A DNA stretch of 64,000 nucleotides from a virus (IMGVR_UViG_3300036829_000172:62195-126194), one strand, 5' to 3'. Shown: positions 9,894 through 19,930, counted from the stretch's first letter. Made by a program: numbers and translations. Notes: a model not told the origin generated them from the letters alone.

Positions 9894-10178
9894 ATGACGG
9901 TTATTCATTACGCGACGCCCGCGATCGCGGCGGCGTCCGCCGAAATCAGTGCGGTCGCGGCGCGCACCCAGGAGAACCACCAGCGCTCGCTCAGCATCGT
10001 GCAGTCCAGCGCCGAAAACTTCGGCGGGCAGGCCAGTCAGGCCTTCCAGCAGGCCATAGCGACCGTGAACATGCGGTATCAGCAGGACGAGGAGGCGCTC
10101 GGGATGGCCGCCAGGACACTCGCGCAAGCCAACGACGCCATGACGCAAGCCGATTTTCAAGCGGCGACGCAGTACTAA
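9894..10178 (+). CDS. WXG100 family protein (EsxA/EsxC-like)
   Basis: 94 aa, central FGG variant, C-terminal MTQAD; AAGGAG RBS. Confidence 0.85.
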   Translation: MTVIHYATPAIAAASAEISAVAARTQENHQRSLSIVQSSAENFGGQASQAFQQAIATVNMRYQQDEEALGMAARTLAQANDAMTQADFQAATQY

Positions 10179-10191
10179 AGCCCGCCCCAGC

Positions 10192-10235
10192 AAGTAGCCC
10201 GTCCGCCCAAACCCCCCCGGGCGGGCGGGCTACTT
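10192..10235 (+). terminator. GC-rich hairpin after the esx pair (terminator/stabiliser)
   Basis: AAGTAGCCCGTCCGCCC ... GGGCGGGCGGGCTACTT inverted repeat. Confidence 0.7.
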
Positions 10236-10255
10236 CACAAGCAGAAGGAGGAGCC

Positions 10256-10492
10256 GTGAGCTACGTCGTGCGATCTGACATCACGTACCGAACAGGGCAA
10301 CGCAGCCTGACCTACTGGACCGGCGGGTGCATTTGGGCTTTGCACCCCTCGGATGCGCTCAAGTTCGGCAGTAGCAATGAGGCAATGGGTGCGCTCGCGA
10401 CGTATTACGCCACGCCGGCGCAGCAGCGCAGCCACCCGCACACCTACAGCGCGGTCGAGTTCGACGAGTTCGAAGGGCTGCGCGATGGCTAA
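10256..10492 (+). CDS. small hypothetical protein between esx pair and espG
   Basis: AAGGAGGAG RBS, GTG start, overlaps espG start. Confidence 0.6.
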   Translation: MSYVVRSDITYRTGQRSLTYWTGGCIWALHPSDALKFGSSNEAMGALATYYATPAQQRSHPHTYSAVEFDEFEGLRDG

Positions 10493-11336
10493 CAGGCCGG
10501 CGTTCGTCCACCGCCCCGCGCCCCCGCACCGCGGACCCGTACCGGTGAGCGCGCTGAACACCACATGCGAAGGTGTCTGGCTTGTGCAGGCGCTGTGCGG
10601 CATCGAGATGCTGCCGTCGAACCTGCTGCTGCGGCCATGGGTAGCCCAATCCGGCCGACCCACAGGGCATCCAGGTGTGCCGGTGCTGCGCGAAGCGGGC
10701 GTCCTGATCGATGACGAAACAGTTCACCCGACCATCGCGCAATGGGTCGAAACGCTGGCGGCGGCCGACATCGAGCTGTGCGTGTGCGTGCGGCGAGGCG
10801 AGGACTATCTGCGGACGGTGATCGCGCGGCGCGGCGACACGCACGTCGCGGCGTCGCGATGCGGCGACGACGTGACAATTGAGGAGATCCGCGGCGTCGG
10901 CGACGTCCGCGAGCTGGTGGCCCGGATCCTGCCGATCTGTGGAACGCACGTCGAACCGGCGGGATTCGACCCGATCAGTGTCCGCTCAGACACCTTCATC
11001 GACCGGCTCGCGGAGATGACGCGCGGCACCAAACAACCGTTCGCACGTCTGGGACTCTCAGCCGAACAGCGGCGAATGATAACGCTCGCAACCCACAACC
11101 CGGTCATGGAAGCATCATTCGCCGTCGTCCTACACGACCGGCGCGGAGCACATGTCGGGCTGGTCAGCGCCTCGATCATCGACACGGAACAAGGCAGGGT
11201 GGTGGCCGGGCCGGCACGGTCACCGGAGGGAACGTGGTTCACCCAGATCGTGCCGGGCACGCCCGCCGCGGCGGCCCGGGCGGTCGCCGCGGTGGTATCA
11301 AGCATGGGTGTGGCATGGCACGAGCATGGACGATGA
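10485..11336 (+). CDS. espG: ESX secretion-associated chaperone EspG
   Basis: TTCEGVWLVQALCGIEMLP..L.LRP, LREAG, VETLAA.DIEL, RRGDTHVAA.R, IIDTEQGRV; ATG at 10485 chosen inside the longer ORF. Confidence 0.88.
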   Translation: MANRPAFVHRPAPPHRGPVPVSALNTTCEGVWLVQALCGIEMLPSNLLLRPWVAQSGRPTGHPGVPVLREAGVLIDDETVHPTIAQWVETLAAADIELCVCVRRGEDYLRTVIARRGDTHVAASRCGDDVTIEEIRGVGDVRELVARILPICGTHVEPAGFDPISVRSDTFIDRLAEMTRGTKQPFARLGLSAEQRRMITLATHNPVMEASFAVVLHDRRGAHVGLVSASIIDTEQGRVVAGPARSPEGTWFTQIVPGTPAAAARAVAAVVSSMGVAWHEHGR

Positions 11337-11607
11337 AGCAACTGCTGGCGGGGATCTCCGCCAGCAGGTATGGCGGCAGGTTGGTACGACGCCACAGATG
11401 TGGACAACGGAGACCGAGGGCGGACGTTGGTATACGGCGAAGATGTGGTGGCCGAGCAAAAAGCGGTCGAGGTGGATGCTGCGTGTGCGCAACGCTAGCG
11501 GCGAGGTCACCTTCGAGTGGGATTGTGGCCACCTCGAAACAGCGAAAGGCTTCGTAGCTGGATGGGAAGCCAGGATCGCAAGCGAGCAGGCTCGGTGTAA
11601 CGACTGA
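11326..11607 (+). CDS. small Trp-rich hypothetical protein
   Basis: ATG overlaps the espG end; 93 aa. Confidence 0.55.
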   Translation: MDDEATAGGDLRQQVWRQVGTTPQMWTTETEGGRWYTAKMWWPSKKRSRWMLRVRNASGEVTFEWDCGHLETAKGFVAGWEARIASEQARCND

Positions 11608-11703
11608 CGTAGACGCGCGTCATACAATCAATGTTCACGAACTGACTGATATGGGTTACGCTTTGTGCGTGATCCGGCAACGGCAGCGACAGCAAGAGGC
11701 GAC

Positions 11704-12879
11704 ATGGAACCCGAAAACGACCCACACACGATGACCACCGTACGCACCGAGCAGAAAGGCAACGGCCAACCCCAGCATCAGCGGGAGGAACGGACACCCA
11801 TCCCACAGCACCCCGGCTGGGAGGTAGGGGAGACAAGTCGCGTCTACAAGACCGCCCCGGAAGGCGGGCGCGCTGCGCACCCGCTAGCCCAGGAGTTGGC
11901 CGCCGCGCGTTCCGAACTCGCAGCTAAGAATGAGGGGTCGGCGGGCCCGATGCGGGCCCAGATCCGCGAGGCCGAGCTGGTCACGCCGTACCGGCCCCGC
12001 CCGACCATGGGCTGGCGCAAAGGCCTGTACAGGCGGACACGAATCAACCTCGGGCCCTCACCGAAAGAGCGTGGCTGGAACGATCTGGAGCGGCGCATCA
12101 AAACCAACCTGCGCGGCACCTACCTGATAGCGGTGATGGGGCAAAAAGGCGGTGTCTCGAAAACCGTCACCACGGTCGGGATCGGCGCCGCGCTAGCGCA
12201 CTACCGCACCGACAAAGTTGCCGCGATCGACGCGAACCCCGCCCACGGCAACATGGCCGAACGGATCGACGAACCGACCCAAGGCAGCTGGTGGCATCTG
12301 ATCAACGACCGCAAGCTGGACTCCTACAGCGACTTCCGCTACCACCTGGGTAAGGACTCGACGTCCGGGCTTGAAGTGCTAGCCAGCGATCCCGGCGACA
12401 GGGTGCTGACCGGGGTGGAGCTGACCGAGACGTGGCTCAGGCTGCAGCGACAGTTCCCGGTCAGCCTGGTGGACTGCGGCAACCAGCTCAACGACGACAT
12501 CACCGCGGCGATCCTCGAGCTCGCCGACGCGGTGATCGTGGTGTCCACAACCGGCCTGGACGGCGCGCAGGGCGCGCAGGACACCCTGAACTGGCTGCTG
12601 AGACACAACTATCCCCACCTGGTGCGTTCCGCGGTCGTCGTCGTCAGCAACATCGCCAACGTGAAAGCGTCACACGCTGTGCGGACGCTGCACGAGGATT
12701 TCGAGCGCGCGGTGCGCGCCGTGCACGCCATCCCCTACGATCCGCACCTGCACGAGGCGTCGGCGATCAGAACCGACCGGCTCAAGCCCGCCACACGCCG
12801 CGCCTTCGTCGAGGCGGCTGCGTCGGTGGCCGACGGGTTCGCCGCCGCGTCCGACAAAGACGCCCGGCCACAACAGTGA
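11704..12879 (+). CDS. EspI-like MinD/ParA family ATPase
   Basis: P..GWRK.LY, deviant Walker A GQKGGVSKT, IDANP, VDCGN, IPYDPHL; position matches the ESX-2 MinD-like gene. Confidence 0.88.
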   Translation: MEPENDPHTMTTVRTEQKGNGQPQHQREERTPIPQHPGWEVGETSRVYKTAPEGGRAAHPLAQELAAARSELAAKNEGSAGPMRAQIREAELVTPYRPRPTMGWRKGLYRRTRINLGPSPKERGWNDLERRIKTNLRGTYLIAVMGQKGGVSKTVTTVGIGAALAHYRTDKVAAIDANPAHGNMAERIDEPTQGSWWHLINDRKLDSYSDFRYHLGKDSTSGLEVLASDPGDRVLTGVELTETWLRLQRQFPVSLVDCGNQLNDDITAAILELADAVIVVSTTGLDGAQGAQDTLNWLLRHNYPHLVRSAVVVVSNIANVKASHAVRTLHEDFERAVRAVHAIPYDPHLHEASAIRTDRLKPATRRAFVEAAASVADGFAAASDKDARPQQ

Positions 12880-14396
12880 CCGCGCTGGAGGAACGCCCGG
12901 TCACCGAGCGGCCAGGAACCCGGCCGCAGGAGCGGGTACGGCTCGTTGAGCAGCTGCGGGTCGCCGTGATCTTCGAGAGCCGCCAGCACGACCTGGTACT
13001 GCCCGCCGACACCCCGGTCGCGGCGGTGGTCGAATCGGTGCTGCAGGTGCTGAACAGCGGACCGCGGGAACGCGACGACGACGGCTACATCAACCCCGGC
13101 GCGGTGACGCTCACCCGGGTGAACGGCCAACCATTTGAGCGCGGGCAGAGCCTGGCGGCGCAGTCGGTGAAAGACGGCGATCTGCTCATCCTGCAGGTCG
13201 CCGACGCCGAGGTGACGCTGACACCGGTGATCGAGAACGCCAGCTCAGCCATCGCGAAGATCCTCGCATCGACACGCTCGGAGGTGACCGAGGCGGTGGC
13301 GGAGCGGTTCGCCGCCGTTGCGGCGGCCGTCGCGGTGCTGGCGGCGGTCGGGCTGGCGGTGAGTGCGTGGCGGATGAACCTGGCGGCCGGTAAGGACTGG
13401 CAGTGGTGGCCGGCGGCCGCGCTGGCCACCCTCGCGGTGGTGTTGCTCGCGGGCGGGTCGCTGGTGTGGTGGCGTCGCCGGGAACGGGCGGTGGCTGACG
13501 CGTTATGGCTGTCCGCACTGATCGCGGCGCCGGCGGCGGCGGTGATCGCCACGCCCGGCAGACCAGGCGCGTGGCACGCGGTGTTCGGCCTGGTCACGAT
13601 GGGAGTCCTGGCTGCGGTGTTGTGGCGGCTGACTCCGGCCGCGCGTGGTCTGCTGGCGTGGGTCACCGTCACAGCCGCAGGCTTAGCGCTGCTGGCGCTG
13701 ATGCGGGCAGTGTTCGGCACGCAGATGTTTTACCTGTGGGTCGCAGCGCTAGCAGTGGCGCTGATGGTCCTGAAAAAAAGCGAAACCATCGCCGGGCGGA
13801 TGGCGCACGTACCGGTACCACCATTTCCCACCATCACCGGCAAATTCGTGTTCGACGACGCCGACGACATCGCCGCCGAAGCGTTGGCCGCCGCCGAACA
13901 TCAAGGCACCCCCAGCGTCGCGGAGTTGACCCGCGCCGCGCACGCCGCCAACACCTATCTGTCGGCGCTGGTAGCAGCGACAGCCGTGTTCTTTACGCTA
14001 GGCGCCTGGGGCGCGTTGGCGATGCCCGGTCACGGCCGGTGGTGGCTGTCCACCGGATACGTGCTGATCATCGCCGCGATCCTGGTGCTCGGTGGGCGGG
14101 CGTTCGCCGACCGGCTGCAGGCCATCATCGTGGTCGCCACCGCGTTAGTGATGACGGCGCTCGTCGTCATCAGGTACGCAGTGTGGTGGCACAGTCCCAC
14201 AATGTGCCTAGCCGCGGGCGCAGCGATCCTCACGCTCGGTCTGTTGGGGCTTGTGATCGCCGCGGTCGTACCCCGGCACGTGTTCTCGCCGCTGTTCCGC
14301 AAACTGATCGAATGGACCGAATACGTCTTGATCGTCCTCGTGCCGCCAGCCGCGGTCTGGCTGCTAAACCTCTACTACCTCGCGAGGAACCGATGA
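12876..14396 (+). CDS. eccD: type VII secretion integral membrane protein EccD
   Basis: N-terminal ubiquitin-like YukD domain (DLVLPADTPV...LAAQSVKDGDLL), VIENAS, multiple TM helices, PPFPTITG; GTGA-coupled start. Confidence 0.93.
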   Translation: MTALEERPVTERPGTRPQERVRLVEQLRVAVIFESRQHDLVLPADTPVAAVVESVLQVLNSGPRERDDDGYINPGAVTLTRVNGQPFERGQSLAAQSVKDGDLLILQVADAEVTLTPVIENASSAIAKILASTRSEVTEAVAERFAAVAAAVAVLAAVGLAVSAWRMNLAAGKDWQWWPAAALATLAVVLLAGGSLVWWRRRERAVADALWLSALIAAPAAAVIATPGRPGAWHAVFGLVTMGVLAAVLWRLTPAARGLLAWVTVTAAGLALLALMRAVFGTQMFYLWVAALAVALMVLKKSETIAGRMAHVPVPPFPTITGKFVFDDADDIAAEALAAAEHQGTPSVAELTRAAHAANTYLSALVAATAVFFTLGAWGALAMPGHGRWWLSTGYVLIIAAILVLGGRAFADRLQAIIVVATALVMTALVVIRYAVWWHSPTMCLAAGAAILTLGLLGLVIAAVVPRHVFSPLFRKLIEWTEYVLIVLVPPAAVWLLNLYYLARNR

Positions 14397-14611
14397 GTGA
14401 CAGGCCGACATCAGAACAGCTCTTGGCGAAGTGGGTTGAGAGGTCTGCTTTAAGTGAGGATCAAGTGCAGTCTGCTGCGTTGGACGTGCTGGATTTCGTC
14501 GGGAGCGTGTTAGAGGCTGGCGGGAAGCTGTACGCCAAGTTGCCTGGCGATAACCATCCGAATCCGTTGGAAGTCGATATCCCTGGTCTGACTACTGAAC
14601 CGTGGGAATAG
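14393..14611 (+). CDS. small hypothetical protein (72 aa) inserted after eccD
   Basis: ATGA overlap with eccD stop; T-richer codon use than eccD. Confidence 0.6.
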   Translation: MSDRPTSEQLLAKWVERSALSEDQVQSAALDVLDFVGSVLEAGGKLYAKLPGDNHPNPLEVDIPGLTTEPWE

Positions 14612-14619
14612 GTGAGGAC

Positions 14620-14817
14620 ATGCTGATTGGTTTCTTCGACCGGTTGTGGCACCAGCACGTCAAGGGCCACTTCATCGTGTTTCACCCGGCGCTGAAGCCC
14701 GACGGCGTCGTCCGTGACGAGCATGGTAGGCGAATGTTCAACGTGTTCGAGCAGGACACATTCCAGCGTCCCGACGCCCACTACGAATGCAACTGCGGGA
14801 AGCAGTGGGACGGATGA
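14620..14817 (+). CDS. small hypothetical protein (65 aa)
   Basis: GAGG RBS; HYECNCGK motif. Confidence 0.55.
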   Translation: MLIGFFDRLWHQHVKGHFIVFHPALKPDGVVRDEHGRRMFNVFEQDTFQRPDAHYECNCGKQWDG

Positions 14818-14999
14818 CCTGCAAGGTGACCGACGGGCTGGGCGGCAGGTGCACGCCGGAGCACCGACACTGCGCAACATTGGGCGACTGCCCCGATCAC
14901 ATGACCGCGGTGCTCGAGCTGTACCCGCCGGGTACCACAGTGACCAACATGAGCACCGGCGAGATGTACGTGGACCTAGACAGGCTGGAGAAACGGTGA
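14814..14999 (+). CDS. small Cys/His-rich hypothetical protein (61 aa)
   Basis: ATGA-coupled; C..CTPEHRHC..CPDH. Confidence 0.5.
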   Translation: MTCKVTDGLGGRCTPEHRHCATLGDCPDHMTAVLELYPPGTTVTNMSTGEMYVDLDRLEKR

Positions 15000-15346
15000 C
15001 GAATAGGCTGATCTCCGACCCTGCTGGCGCATTGGCTATTGGGGAGTGGACGACGGTGTTGGGTCCAGCCCCAGAGGCCGAGATTCGGTATTTCGTCGGG
15101 CGGCGCCGGTTCTTGAGCGGCGACGAGTCCGGCGGACCCCACGAAGGCCAAGTCTGTATCCGGGGACTGCAAACCGAGCGCGGCTCCACCGAACGCTGGA
15201 TCACCGTGGAAGTGCGTCACACCGCCGGAGGTCCGGACGTCCGGATTGACGGAGTCGAACCCGGCCAGGCGCGGGAACTAGGGCGGGCGCTTATCCAGAG
15301 CGCCGATGAAGCCGAGCGGGACCAGGCTACGGACGACGCCCGATGA
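14996..15346 (+). CDS. hypothetical protein (116 aa)
   Basis: GTGA-coupled upstream and ATGA-coupled to mycP. Confidence 0.6.
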   Translation: MTNRLISDPAGALAIGEWTTVLGPAPEAEIRYFVGRRRFLSGDESGGPHEGQVCIRGLQTERGSTERWITVEVRHTAGGPDVRIDGVEPGQARELGRALIQSADEAERDQATDDAR

Positions 15347-16842
15347 TCCGATCGTGCGGGACACCGATAGCCGGTAAGCCGGGGGGACAAAACGTGCAGG
15401 CAGCGGCCAAGATTCATGCGATATCCACAACCGTTCCGCCGCTGTCTGTACGGTTAGCCGCTGCGCTTGCCGCCGCGGGCCTGATGATGGCAACCCCACT
15501 GACAAGCGGTGTCGCGGCCGCTGTCACCCCGCCCCAGGTGGATCCGGCAGCTGTTCCACCCGACACCCCACCCGGGCCCGACGAGCCGCTGCGAATGGAG
15601 CATACCTGTGCGGTCACCGGTGTACTTCCCGGCACCGACCTGGGCGCCCCCTCATCGTCGCAAGCCTTCATGGCTCTGCCCGACCTGTGGAAATCGGCGG
15701 GCCGCGGCGCAGGAGTGCCGGTGGCGATCATCGACACCGGGGTTTCACCCTCACCGCGGCTGCCGCACCTACGCGGAGCTGGCGACTACGTCGTCGCCGA
15801 CGGGGATGGGCTCTCCGATTGTGACAGCCACGGCACCATCATCGCGTCGATCATCGGCGGCGCACCGTCCGACGGTGACGGGTTCGCCGGCGTGGCACCT
15901 GGCGCCGAACTCATCTCGATCCGGCAAAGCTCGGAAGCGTTCGTGCCGGAGCATCCGCAGGCGGGTGACCTGCAGACCGACCGGCGGGCAGGAACCGTGT
16001 CGTCGCTGGCACGCGCCGTTGTGCACGCCGCCAACGCAGGCGCCCGCATCATCAACATGTCCGTCGTCGCCTGCGTCCCGACCCTCAAACCGGTCGACCA
16101 AACCACGCTGGGCGCCGCGCTGCGCTACGCCGCGGTCGACAAAGACGTGGTGATCGTCGCGGCCGCAGGCAACGCCGTCGGCGGGCAGGACTGCGCGCAA
16201 AACCCCGACGTGGACGCGACCAACGCTAAAGACCCGCGGAACTGGACGGGTGTCGTGACGATCTCCACACCCAGCTGGTTCTCCGACTACGTGATGTCGG
16301 TGGGCGCCACCGACGGCGGTGGGCAACCGGCAGCGGACGATCACGGCCGCGAGATCACACTGTTCGGGCCGTGGATCGGTGTCGGTGCGCCCGGTGTATC
16401 CGTGGAGGGGTTCAACGACCGTGGTGACCTGATCAATTCGGCGCTCGACGCGAACGCTGGGCAGCTGAAGCCGATGAATGGGACCAGTTTCTCAGCGGCG
16501 TACGTGTCGGGGCTGGCGGCGTTAATTCGCGCGAAATACCCCGACCTGAGTGCGGCGCAGGTCATCCACCGGATCGAGGTGACCGCGCACTCCCCGGCGC
16601 CGGTCGTCGACAACCGGATCGGGTACGGCACCGTCGACGGGCTGGCGGCCCTCAACGACGACGTCCCGGTGGGGGCGGCGGCACCCGCCGAGCACCTGTC
16701 CAGACCGCTGGCGATACCGCCGCCCCGGCCGCAGCCGGACCGGCGACCGATGCTGGTCGCGGTGATCGGGTCGGCTGTGCTGCTGGCTGGTATGGGCGGG
16801 CTGTTCGGAGCCATCAATCTCACAAGAAGGAGTAAGCGGTGA
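15343..16842 (+). CDS. mycP: type VII secretion-associated subtilisin-like protease mycosin
   Basis: Triad IIDTG / DCDSHGT / NGTSFS; ISIRQSS, INMS, AAAGN; N-terminal signal and C-terminal TM. Confidence 0.95.
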   Translation: MIRSCGTPIAGKPGGQNVQAAAKIHAISTTVPPLSVRLAAALAAAGLMMATPLTSGVAAAVTPPQVDPAAVPPDTPPGPDEPLRMEHTCAVTGVLPGTDLGAPSSSQAFMALPDLWKSAGRGAGVPVAIIDTGVSPSPRLPHLRGAGDYVVADGDGLSDCDSHGTIIASIIGGAPSDGDGFAGVAPGAELISIRQSSEAFVPEHPQAGDLQTDRRAGTVSSLARAVVHAANAGARIINMSVVACVPTLKPVDQTTLGAALRYAAVDKDVVIVAAAGNAVGGQDCAQNPDVDATNAKDPRNWTGVVTISTPSWFSDYVMSVGATDGGGQPAADDHGREITLFGPWIGVGAPGVSVEGFNDRGDLINSALDANAGQLKPMNGTSFSAAYVSGLAALIRAKYPDLSAAQVIHRIEVTAHSPAPVVDNRIGYGTVDGLAALNDDVPVGAAAPAEHLSRPLAIPPPRPQPDRRPMLVAVIGSAVLLAGMGGLFGAINLTRRSKR

Positions 16843-17132
16843 GTTTCTGGTCGGCGTACGCGTTTGACTTCTGGCACGGGTTCGTGAGTGCGGGCGAGGT
16901 GCTCGTGGCGTACTGCGTCACGCGGCGTCTCTGCCGGCCAAGTGCTCGTGTTCCGCGTGTACCGCGTCACGGGACGTCTCACGAGAGCAAAATGACGCAA
17001 GAACTGGTATGCGTGGTGTGCTACGCCGAACCGCATGACGCCTACGACTACTCGAAGATGAGGGACTTTCTAATGGTTGTCGACGGCAACAGGCTGTGTC
17101 GCAAGCATCGTGCGGGGAGGCTGCCAGCATGA
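16839..17132 (+). CDS. small hypothetical protein between mycP and eccE
   Basis: GTGA/ATGA overlaps on both sides. Confidence 0.5.
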   Translation: MSFWSAYAFDFWHGFVSAGEVLVAYCVTRRLCRPSARVPRVPRHGTSHESKMTQELVCVVCYAEPHDAYDYSKMRDFLMVVDGNRLCRKHRAGRLPA

Positions 17133-18688
17133 GCAAAGAGAAGCTGCCCCGGTGGCAGTTGTCGTTTCCCGCGCGGCACGTCGTCGTCGGCGAAATGGTC
17201 GCGGCGCCGGTCGTGCTCGGATTGGCGCGGCACGTGTGGTGGCTGGCTGTGATCGCGGCCGTACCGGTGTTCGTTGGCGTCGGCCTGCGCTACCGCGGTG
17301 ACACCGCCCTCGGATGGCTGGCTCGAGCCATGCGCCGCCGAAACCGCAGCGTCCTGATTCCAGACGCGTTGAGCGTGGAGCTGCCCGGCGTCGGTCCGAT
17401 CGGGATGCGCATCGACGGGCAATACGCGCTCACCGTCATCGCGTTGCACGGTCGGCCGTTCCCGGAGACGGTCCTGGTGCCCGAGGGTGCCGACACTCTG
17501 GACGTCGTCCCGCTGGAGACGATCGGTTCCCTTCTGCGCCAGTTCGGTGGCCTCGAGTTGGACAGCATCGACGTGGTGTCGGCCGGCAGCCGGGTAGCCG
17601 CTGACGGGCGGTACACCCCCCGCTACGACGAAGTGATCGGCGACCGGCCAGCCGTTGGTCAGCGGCGCACTTGGCTGATGTTGCGGCTGTGCCCGCAGGC
17701 CTGCCTGAAAGCGCTGGCATACCGGGGAGATGTGGGTGTGGCTGTCGCGGCCGCGACCGAACGCATCCGGCAGGCCGCGGTGCGGGAGGGATGCCGGGCC
17801 AGCACGTGCAGCGCCGAGCAGCTGGACGCGGTAACCGGGGCGCTGCTCGGTGGTCATGACGTTGAGCGGTTCGAGGAGCGGTGGTCGCACCTGCGGGCGG
17901 GCAACGACTACATCAGCAGCTACCTCATCGCGGGTGAAGACCTGACCAGCCGGTTGTTGGCGGACCTCTGGACGATCCGCTCAAGGATGACGGTGACGGT
18001 GCTGCGGCTAACCCGCGGGCCCGCTGGCGGTGTCGACGTAGGGGGCCTGGTGCGGCTGCACACCACGAACCCGTTGACTCATCCGCCGCTGGGCGCGCTG
18101 CACCCGCTGCCCGGAAAGCAGATCTGCGCGCTGTGTGCCTCGCTGCCCTTCGGAAACCGATCCCTAGAGATGGACCTGTCACGCAGACGGCTCGACGGTG
18201 CGCGCGGCCTGACCGTGCCGGTGGGCCCGTGCGGGCCGATGCTCGGCATGACGAGAGACGGTGTCGCGCTGCTGATGCCGTTCACCGACCCGCTGAAACA
18301 CTGCACCATCGCGATCCACGCGGACTTCGACGTACAGGCCGCCCTGCTGCTGCGGGCGACCGCCGCGGGCGCGACCGCTGTCGTACACACGGACCGGCCG
18401 CACGCCTGGGAGCCGATCTGCGACGAACGGATGATGCTGGCCGGGGGTGTTCAAAACGTGAACACACCGGACCTGGTAGTGGCCGACGGCGAAACAGCCG
18501 TCAAGCGGCTACTGGCGGGCAGCGGTGAACGTGGACACACACTGGTCGTGTGCGGTACGCCGCCGCCGGACTGCGACGTCGTGATCACACAGGTGATGGC
18601 CGACGAGCTCGCCGTAGAGGTCGGGCAGCGGCGAATCAGCCTGACGGTGCTGCGTCCAAGGAAGGAACGAGACGCGTTCCTCAGCTGA
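17129..18688 (+). CDS. eccE: type VII secretion protein EccE
   Basis: N-terminal TMs, IDVVSAGSR, GQRRTWL.LRL, ERWSHL, LADLW, GPMLG; ATG at 17129 used. Confidence 0.9.
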   Translation: MSKEKLPRWQLSFPARHVVVGEMVAAPVVLGLARHVWWLAVIAAVPVFVGVGLRYRGDTALGWLARAMRRRNRSVLIPDALSVELPGVGPIGMRIDGQYALTVIALHGRPFPETVLVPEGADTLDVVPLETIGSLLRQFGGLELDSIDVVSAGSRVAADGRYTPRYDEVIGDRPAVGQRRTWLMLRLCPQACLKALAYRGDVGVAVAAATERIRQAAVREGCRASTCSAEQLDAVTGALLGGHDVERFEERWSHLRAGNDYISSYLIAGEDLTSRLLADLWTIRSRMTVTVLRLTRGPAGGVDVGGLVRLHTTNPLTHPPLGALHPLPGKQICALCASLPFGNRSLEMDLSRRRLDGARGLTVPVGPCGPMLGMTRDGVALLMPFTDPLKHCTIAIHADFDVQAALLLRATAAGATAVVHTDRPHAWEPICDERMMLAGGVQNVNTPDLVVADGETAVKRLLAGSGERGHTLVVCGTPPPDCDVVITQVMADELAVEVGQRRISLTVLRPRKERDAFLS

Positions 18689-18794
18689 CCTGTAACACGA
18701 TTCGTCAACACGCCCTGTCTACGTATTGATTCGCATGTGTCGTCGTGGGAGAATAAGACAGTGCAAGCAAGCGGTGCGTCGAAAGGACACGATC

Positions 18795-19133
18795 ATGAAC
18801 GCCCCAGCTGTGGCAGTCGATGTGCAATGGGAGCAGATTCAGGAGCAGGCCCGCGAGGAGCAGTTCCTGCCTGAGCCGGATCTTGACCCGGTTGATGACG
18901 GCGTGGACGAAAATCTGGCCAACGCCCGCGCGGTCCTTCTAACGGAACTCGCCACCACCGTGCAGGCGCTGCAGCGCGCAGCCAAACACGTCAAGGCCCT
19001 CATGGACGTCGACGCCGGATTCATCAAGGGCTGCGACGGACGACACATCGGCGTCCACATCGACGAGGCGTTGCTTTTCAGCCGCGCCGCCTACGCAGTC
19101 GTGCACATGATCGCCGACCAGGCGCAGCCATGA
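18795..19133 (+). CDS. hypothetical helical protein
   Basis: GAAAGGA RBS; first gene after a non-coding gap. Confidence 0.65.
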   Translation: MNAPAVAVDVQWEQIQEQAREEQFLPEPDLDPVDDGVDENLANARAVLLTELATTVQALQRAAKHVKALMDVDAGFIKGCDGRHIGVHIDEALLFSRAAYAVVHMIADQAQP

Positions 19134-19255
19134 ACGCCCTGCACCTCGTCGAGATCCTGTTGGCAACCATCGTCGTCGTCGGGTTCGGGGCAGCTTTCCA
19201 CGTGGCCCAGCAGGCGTTGGAGCGGTGGGAACAACACCGCCACGCCGAAGACTGA
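19130..19255 (+). CDS. small membrane protein (41 aa)
   Basis: ATGA-coupled; single hydrophobic segment. Confidence 0.5.
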   Translation: MNALHLVEILLATIVVVGFGAAFHVAQQALERWEQHRHAED

Positions 19256-19260
19256 GACGG

Positions 19261-19812
19261 ATGACCGATATGGCTGGCAACGCTGCTCACGAACCGCCGA
19301 TGTCGCGGACTATGGCACTGATGGCCCACGCCATCCCCTACCTGCTGATGATCGCGGTGGCCAACAGGGTGGCGTATTTCCTCAAGCTGTCGCTCATCCC
19401 ATCCATATTGGATACCGGCGCCGCGTTAGTGCTCATGGTCGGCGTGATCGCGCTCTACCGGCATCTGCGTTTCGGCGGCTTGTGCCTGCGCTGCATGCGC
19501 AATACGCCGTTGGATCCCGGGCGGGAGGTCGCGCGTAACAAGGTCTTCCTCTGGGAGTTGCACTGGTCGACGGGACGGCTGTGGGTCGTGCTCGGGGTCT
19601 GCGTGGGCATCCTCCTGGTGGGTGAGCATGCGCATGGGTTGATGCACACACTGTCCAAGATCCCGCTGGACATCCAGTTCTTCTCACTGACGTGGGCCAT
19701 CTGGATTCACCATCGCCTGCGACCGTGGTGCCCATACTGCCGAGGCTGGGGTGAAGGTGGCGAAGAGGAGCGTGTGCCCGATCCAGACCCAGCCGAGAAG
19801 GGTGTGCGGTGA
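19261..19812 (+). CDS. hypothetical membrane protein with CxxC motifs
   Basis: Four hydrophobic segments; CLRC and WCPYC. Confidence 0.65.
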   Translation: MTDMAGNAAHEPPMSRTMALMAHAIPYLLMIAVANRVAYFLKLSLIPSILDTGAALVLMVGVIALYRHLRFGGLCLRCMRNTPLDPGREVARNKVFLWELHWSTGRLWVVLGVCVGILLVGEHAHGLMHTLSKIPLDIQFFSLTWAIWIHHRLRPWCPYCRGWGEGGEEERVPDPDPAEKGVR

Positions 19813-19930
19813 TGAGCATCGCCGACCGGGCGACGAGGCCCCGCAACCCCAAACCGCCGCTGAGCAACGAGGAGATCATGCTGGCGATGCGGCGACGGCG
19901 CGGCATGTGGGGACCGAAAGGGGCGTGGAA

